Shown piece by piece: positions 28,782 through 32,000 of a DNA stretch of 32,000 nucleotides (position 1 is its first letter; every line of letters starts with the position of its first letter). This stretch comes from Aquifex aeolicus VF5. Its GTDB lineage: Bacteria; Aquificota; Aquificia; Aquificales; Aquificaceae. The position numbers and the translations under genes were made by a program. Where the stretch lies: positions 420,001 to 452,000 of the forward strand of contig NC_000918.1 of assembly GCF_000008625.1 (NCBI RefSeq), in the 5' to 3' direction. Below the pieces are notes generated by a model. The model was not told the origin of the DNA. It saw only the letters and a list, made by a program, of their open reading frames with translations, and made no database searches.

Positions 28782-30404
28782 ATGGAACTCTTTATAGTGG
28801 AGTCTCCAACGAAGGCAAAAACCATTCAGAAGTTCCTCGGAAAAGGCTTCTTAGTTAAAGCCACACTGGGACACGTAAAGGATCTTCCCGAAAAGGAACT
28901 CGGCGTTGACCTCAGAACCCTGAAGGCAAAGTACGTATACAAAAGGGGAAAGAAAAAACTCGTGGAACAACTCAAAAAATTGTCAAGAAGGTCAAGTATA
29001 GTCTATCTGGGAACGGACCCCGACCGTGAAGGGGAAGCCATTGCCTACTTTTTAAAGAAAGATCTCGAAAAGGTAAATAAAAACATAAAGAGAGCTGTCT
29101 TTTACGAAATAACGCCGGAAGCCATAAGGGAAAGCATAAGAAACGCGGGCGACGTGAACATGAACTTAGTTTACGCCCAGTTTGCAAGGAGGATACTCGA
29201 CAGACTCATAGGTTACTTAATATCCCCAATACTCTGGAAGGAGTTCAAGAACTACAAACTCTCGGCGGGAAGAGTGCAGTCGCCTGCCCTCAGACTTATA
29301 GTGGAAAGGGAAAGGGAAATTCAGAACTTTAAAGTTAAGAAGTATTACTACGTAAAGGCCTTACTCAGAAAGGGGAGTGAAGAGTTTTGGGCTATTTACG
29401 ATTACCGCTACGAAAACCCCTCGGACGCAAAAATCATAGCCAAAAAGCTGGAGAAGGGATATTTCAGCGTTTACAAAGTGGAAAAGAAAAAGGAAAAAGT
29501 GTCACCTCCCAAGCCCTTTATAACCTCCGATCTCCAGTCAGAAGCAAATGCAAAGTTCGGATTTTCGAGTGAGAGGACACAGAAGTTGGCTCAGGAACTC
29601 TACGAAAAGGGATACATAACCTATCCCAGAACGGACAGCTACAGGATGAACGAAAAAAAGGCAAAGGAATTTATGAACTACATAGAAAAGAAGTACGGAA
29701 AGGAATACGTGGGAAGGTTGAGGAGGTTCAGGGAAAAGGCAACCGCGCAGGGTGCCCACGAGTGTATCAGACCAACAAGCCTGAGGGAAGAAATTCCTGA
29801 AAGGGAAGAATTGAGACTTCTTTACGACTTGATTTTCAGGAGAACGATAGCGAGTCTTATGAAAGAAATGCTCCTGGAAAGGGAAAAGGTTACGGTAGAG
29901 GCGATTACACCAGAACTCAAGCACCCTGTTTACCTCGTGGCAAAGGGATTGAAAATCGTCTTTGACGGATGGAGCAGAGTTTACCCGAGTGAGATAACCG
30001 AAGAGAAACTTCCAGAACTTTACGAAGGGGATCTATTAGATCTCGTGAAAACGACACTTGAGGAAAGGAAGACCCAGCCACCTCCGAGATACACGGAAGG
30101 AACTCTCATAAAGACCCTTGAGAAACTGGGAATAGGAAGACCTTCCACCTACGCAACTATAGTGAAAACACTGAAAGAGAGAGGGTACGTTGAAGTAAAG
30201 AAAAAAGCTTTAGTACCAACCGAGATAGCCTTTCAGGTCGTTGAATTTTTAATGGAAAGATTTCCCACACTTATGGATTACAAGTTTACCGCCCAGATGG
30301 AGGAAAAACTCGATCTCGTTGAAGAAGGAAAGCTCAATTGGAAGTCTGTAGTTTACGAGTTCATGGAAAAGATCTTCGGTAAGGAGTTGGAAATGGTAAG
30401 ATAG
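28782..30404 (+). CDS. topA: DNA topoisomerase I (type IA), without C-terminal zinc fingers
   Basis: 540 aa; TOPRIM FIVESPTKAKTIQKFLG, TDPDREGEAIAY, active site GYITYPRTDS, GRPSTYATIV; ends after the core domain. Confidence 0.95.
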   Translation: MELFIVESPTKAKTIQKFLGKGFLVKATLGHVKDLPEKELGVDLRTLKAKYVYKRGKKKLVEQLKKLSRRSSIVYLGTDPDREGEAIAYFLKKDLEKVNKNIKRAVFYEITPEAIRESIRNAGDVNMNLVYAQFARRILDRLIGYLISPILWKEFKNYKLSAGRVQSPALRLIVEREREIQNFKVKKYYYVKALLRKGSEEFWAIYDYRYENPSDAKIIAKKLEKGYFSVYKVEKKKEKVSPPKPFITSDLQSEANAKFGFSSERTQKLAQELYEKGYITYPRTDSYRMNEKKAKEFMNYIEKKYGKEYVGRLRRFREKATAQGAHECIRPTSLREEIPEREELRLLYDLIFRRTIASLMKEMLLEREKVTVEAITPELKHPVYLVAKGLKIVFDGWSRVYPSEITEEKLPELYEGDLLDLVKTTLEERKTQPPPRYTEGTLIKTLEKLGIGRPSTYATIVKTLKERGYVEVKKKALVPTEIAFQVVEFLMERFPTLMDYKFTAQMEEKLDLVEEGKLNWKSVVYEFMEKIFGKELEMVR

Positions 30405-30480
30405 TGGTGGCCCAGGGCGGAGTCGAACCGCCGACACCCCGGTTTTCAGCCGGGTGCTCTACCACCTGAGCTACCGGGCC
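30405..30480 (-). tRNA. tRNA-Phe (anticodon GAA) with encoded CCA
   Basis: Reverse complement: GGCCCGG TA GCTC, anticodon stem CCCGG-CTGAAAA-CCGGG, T arm GGCGGTTCGACTCCGCC, acceptor CTGGGCC-A-CCA. Confidence 0.97.
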
Positions 30481-30495
30481 TTACGACAAAAATAT

Positions 30496-30524
30496 ATTAT
30501 ATATTCCATTCCCTTTGAGTTCAA
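30496..30524 (-). promoter_or_regulatory. Sigma-70-type promoter of tRNA-Phe
   Basis: Minus strand TTGAAC (30524-30519), 17-nt spacer, TATAAT (30501-30496), 15 nt upstream of the tRNA 5' end. Confidence 0.75.
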
Positions 30525-30542
30525 GTGTCATAATTTAATTGT

Positions 30543-30833
30543 ATGCCCAAGGTGATAGTTGCAAACATAAACGCGGAGTTTGAAGGAATAGAAAATGAAA
30601 CAATTATGCAAATCCTTTACAGGAACGGGATAGAAATAGACAGCGCCTGCGGCGGGCACGGGCAGTGTACTTCTTGCAAGGTACTTATAATTTCGGGTTC
30701 CGAAAATCTGTACCCTGCGGAGTTCGAAGAAAAAGACACTCTGGAAGAAAACGGCATGGATCCCGAAACGGAGAGGCTTTCGTGTCAGGCTAAACTGAAC
30801 GGAAAAGGCGACGTGGTTATTTACCTTCCTTAA
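30543..30833 (+). CDS. Plant-type [2Fe-2S] ferredoxin
   Basis: 96 aa; CGGHGQCTSCKVLI ... RLSCQAKL gives the CxxxxxCxxC...C ligand set. Confidence 0.9.
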   Translation: MPKVIVANINAEFEGIENETIMQILYRNGIEIDSACGGHGQCTSCKVLIISGSENLYPAEFEEKDTLEENGMDPETERLSCQAKLNGKGDVVIYLP

Positions 30834-30863
30834 GGAATTTTTATGATTTTAATAAGAAACTTG

Positions 30864-30881
30864 AATGAATTATCATTCACG
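30864..30881. promoter_or_regulatory. Inverted repeat upstream of hydrogenase gene, candidate operator
   Basis: TGAATGA-ATTA-TCATTCA, 7-bp arms with 4-nt spacer, just upstream of a TATACT hexamer at 30890-30895. Confidence 0.45.
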
Positions 30882-30915
30882 AAAGTGTATACTAAAAAAA
30901 TAACAGGAGGTGGGT

Positions 30916-31977
30916 ATGGAAACTTTCTGGGAAGTTTTTAAAAGACACGGAGTAAGTAGAAGGGATTTCTTAAAGTTTGCAACTACGATAACGGGCCTTA
31001 TGGGCCTTGCCCCTTCCATGGTTCCCGAAGTCGTAAGGGCCATGGAGACTAAACCCAGAGTTCCCGTTTTATGGATACACGGACTCGAGTGCACGTGCTG
31101 TTCCGAGTCTTTCATACGTTCAGCTACTCCTCTGGCTTCCGATGTAGTTCTCTCCATGATTTCCCTGGAGTACGACGACACACTCTCTGCAGCTGCGGGA
31201 GAGGCGGTTGAAAAGCACAGGGAAAGAATCATAAAGGAATACTGGGGCAACTACATACTCGCTGTTGAAGGAAACCCGCCCCTCGGCGAAGACGGCATGT
31301 ACTGCATAATAGGCGGAAGACCTTTTGTGGAAATACTTAAGGAAAGTGCGGAAGGGGCAAAGGCTGTAATAGCGTGGGGAAGTTGTGCTTCCTGGGGATG
31401 CGTTCAGGCGGCAAAACCAAACCCCACGACTGCAGTTCCCATAGATAAAGTAATAAAGGATAAGCCAATAATAAAGGTTCCCGGATGTCCTCCCATAGCC
31501 GAGGTTATGACCGGAGTAATTATGTATATGGTTCTATTCGACAGAATCCCTCCTTTGGACTCTCAGGGAAGACCTAAGATGTTCTACGGAAACAGGATTC
31601 ACGATACCTGTTACAGGAGATCCTTCTTCAACGCCGGTCAATTCGTTGAGCAGTTTGACGACGAAGGGGCTAAGAAAGGTTGGTGCCTTTACAAGGTAGG
31701 ATGCAGAGGACCCACGACTTACAACTCCTGTGGTAACATGAGGTGGTACAACGGACTCTCCTATCCCATCCAGTCGGGACACGGTTGTATAGGCTGTGCG
31801 GAAAACAACTTCTGGGATAACGGACCCTTCTACGAAAGGATCGGTGGAATACCTGTTCCCGGAATAGAAAGCAAGGCGGACAAGGTTGGAGCTATTGCGG
31901 CGGCAGCTGCTGCAGGCGGTGCAATAATTCACGGTATAGCTTCCAAGATAAGAAAGTCAGGTGAAAAGGAAGAATAA
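30916..31977 (+). CDS. [NiFe] hydrogenase small subunit with Tat signal
   Basis: [18 protein letters not shown] twin-arginine signal; [19 protein letters not shown], CxGCAE Fe-S ligand motifs. ATG at 30916 sits 5 nt after AGGAGG; track start 30910 is GTG inside the Shine-Dalgarno region. Confidence 0.93.
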   Translation: METFWEVFKRHGVSRRDFLKFATTITGLMGLAPSMVPEVVRAMETKPRVPVLWIHGLECTCCSESFIRSATPLASDVVLSMISLEYDDTLSAAAGEAVEKHRERIIKEYWGNYILAVEGNPPLGEDGMYCIIGGRPFVEILKESAEGAKAVIAWGSCASWGCVQAAKPNPTTAVPIDKVIKDKPIIKVPGCPPIAEVMTGVIMYMVLFDRIPPLDSQGRPKMFYGNRIHDTCYRRSFFNAGQFVEQFDDEGAKKGWCLYKVGCRGPTTYNSCGNMRWYNGLSYPIQSGHGCIGCAENNFWDNGPFYERIGGIPVPGIESKADKVGAIAAAAAAGGAIIHGIASKIRKSGEKEE

Positions 31978-32000
31978 GGGAGGTGTTATAGATGAAGAGA

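Noticed and set aside
31534-31932. 132 aa minus-strand ORF opposite the hydrogenase gene
   Set aside because: Product is unstructured and Ser/Val-rich, with cysteines mirroring hydrogenase codons; no independent support.

Overview
Compact bacterial chromosome window. Gene content and protein sequences strongly resemble the hyperthermophile Aquifex aeolicus (recognition from memory, not a database search). Supported content, left to right: end of a DJ-1/PfpI-like gene; Zn/Mn-type ABC uptake operon (znuA, znuC, znuB with a probable frameshift); MidA-like methyltransferase; class A PBP; bioF; an OmpP1/FadL-like porin interrupted by an in-frame TAA; a MoaD/ThiS-like carrier; smc; a small TPR protein; a YhcC-type radical SAM protein; ligA; an ArsC/LMW-PTP-fold protein with its catalytic Cys replaced by Ser; an unlisted Trm112-like small zinc protein; a frameshifted HAD gene; LysR; DsrE-like; thyX; rtcA; yaaA-like; an AT-rich McrBC-like restriction module abutting tRNA-Arg(CCT); mqnE; tsaC/Sua5; LysM+degenerate LytM; acylphosphatase; fliG; a fumarate/succinate dehydrogenase FeS subunit with an extra cluster cysteine; topA; tRNA-Phe; 2Fe-2S ferredoxin; and a Tat-exported NiFe hydrogenase small subunit. 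The best candidate for an unusual system is the McrBC-like locus at 20821-23915. It has nuclease-first gene order, a small PUA/EVE-like ORF, an A8 run at the junction to the AAA+ ORF, and a possible frame break at the nuclease C-terminus. No CRISPR array, transposase or rRNA was seen.
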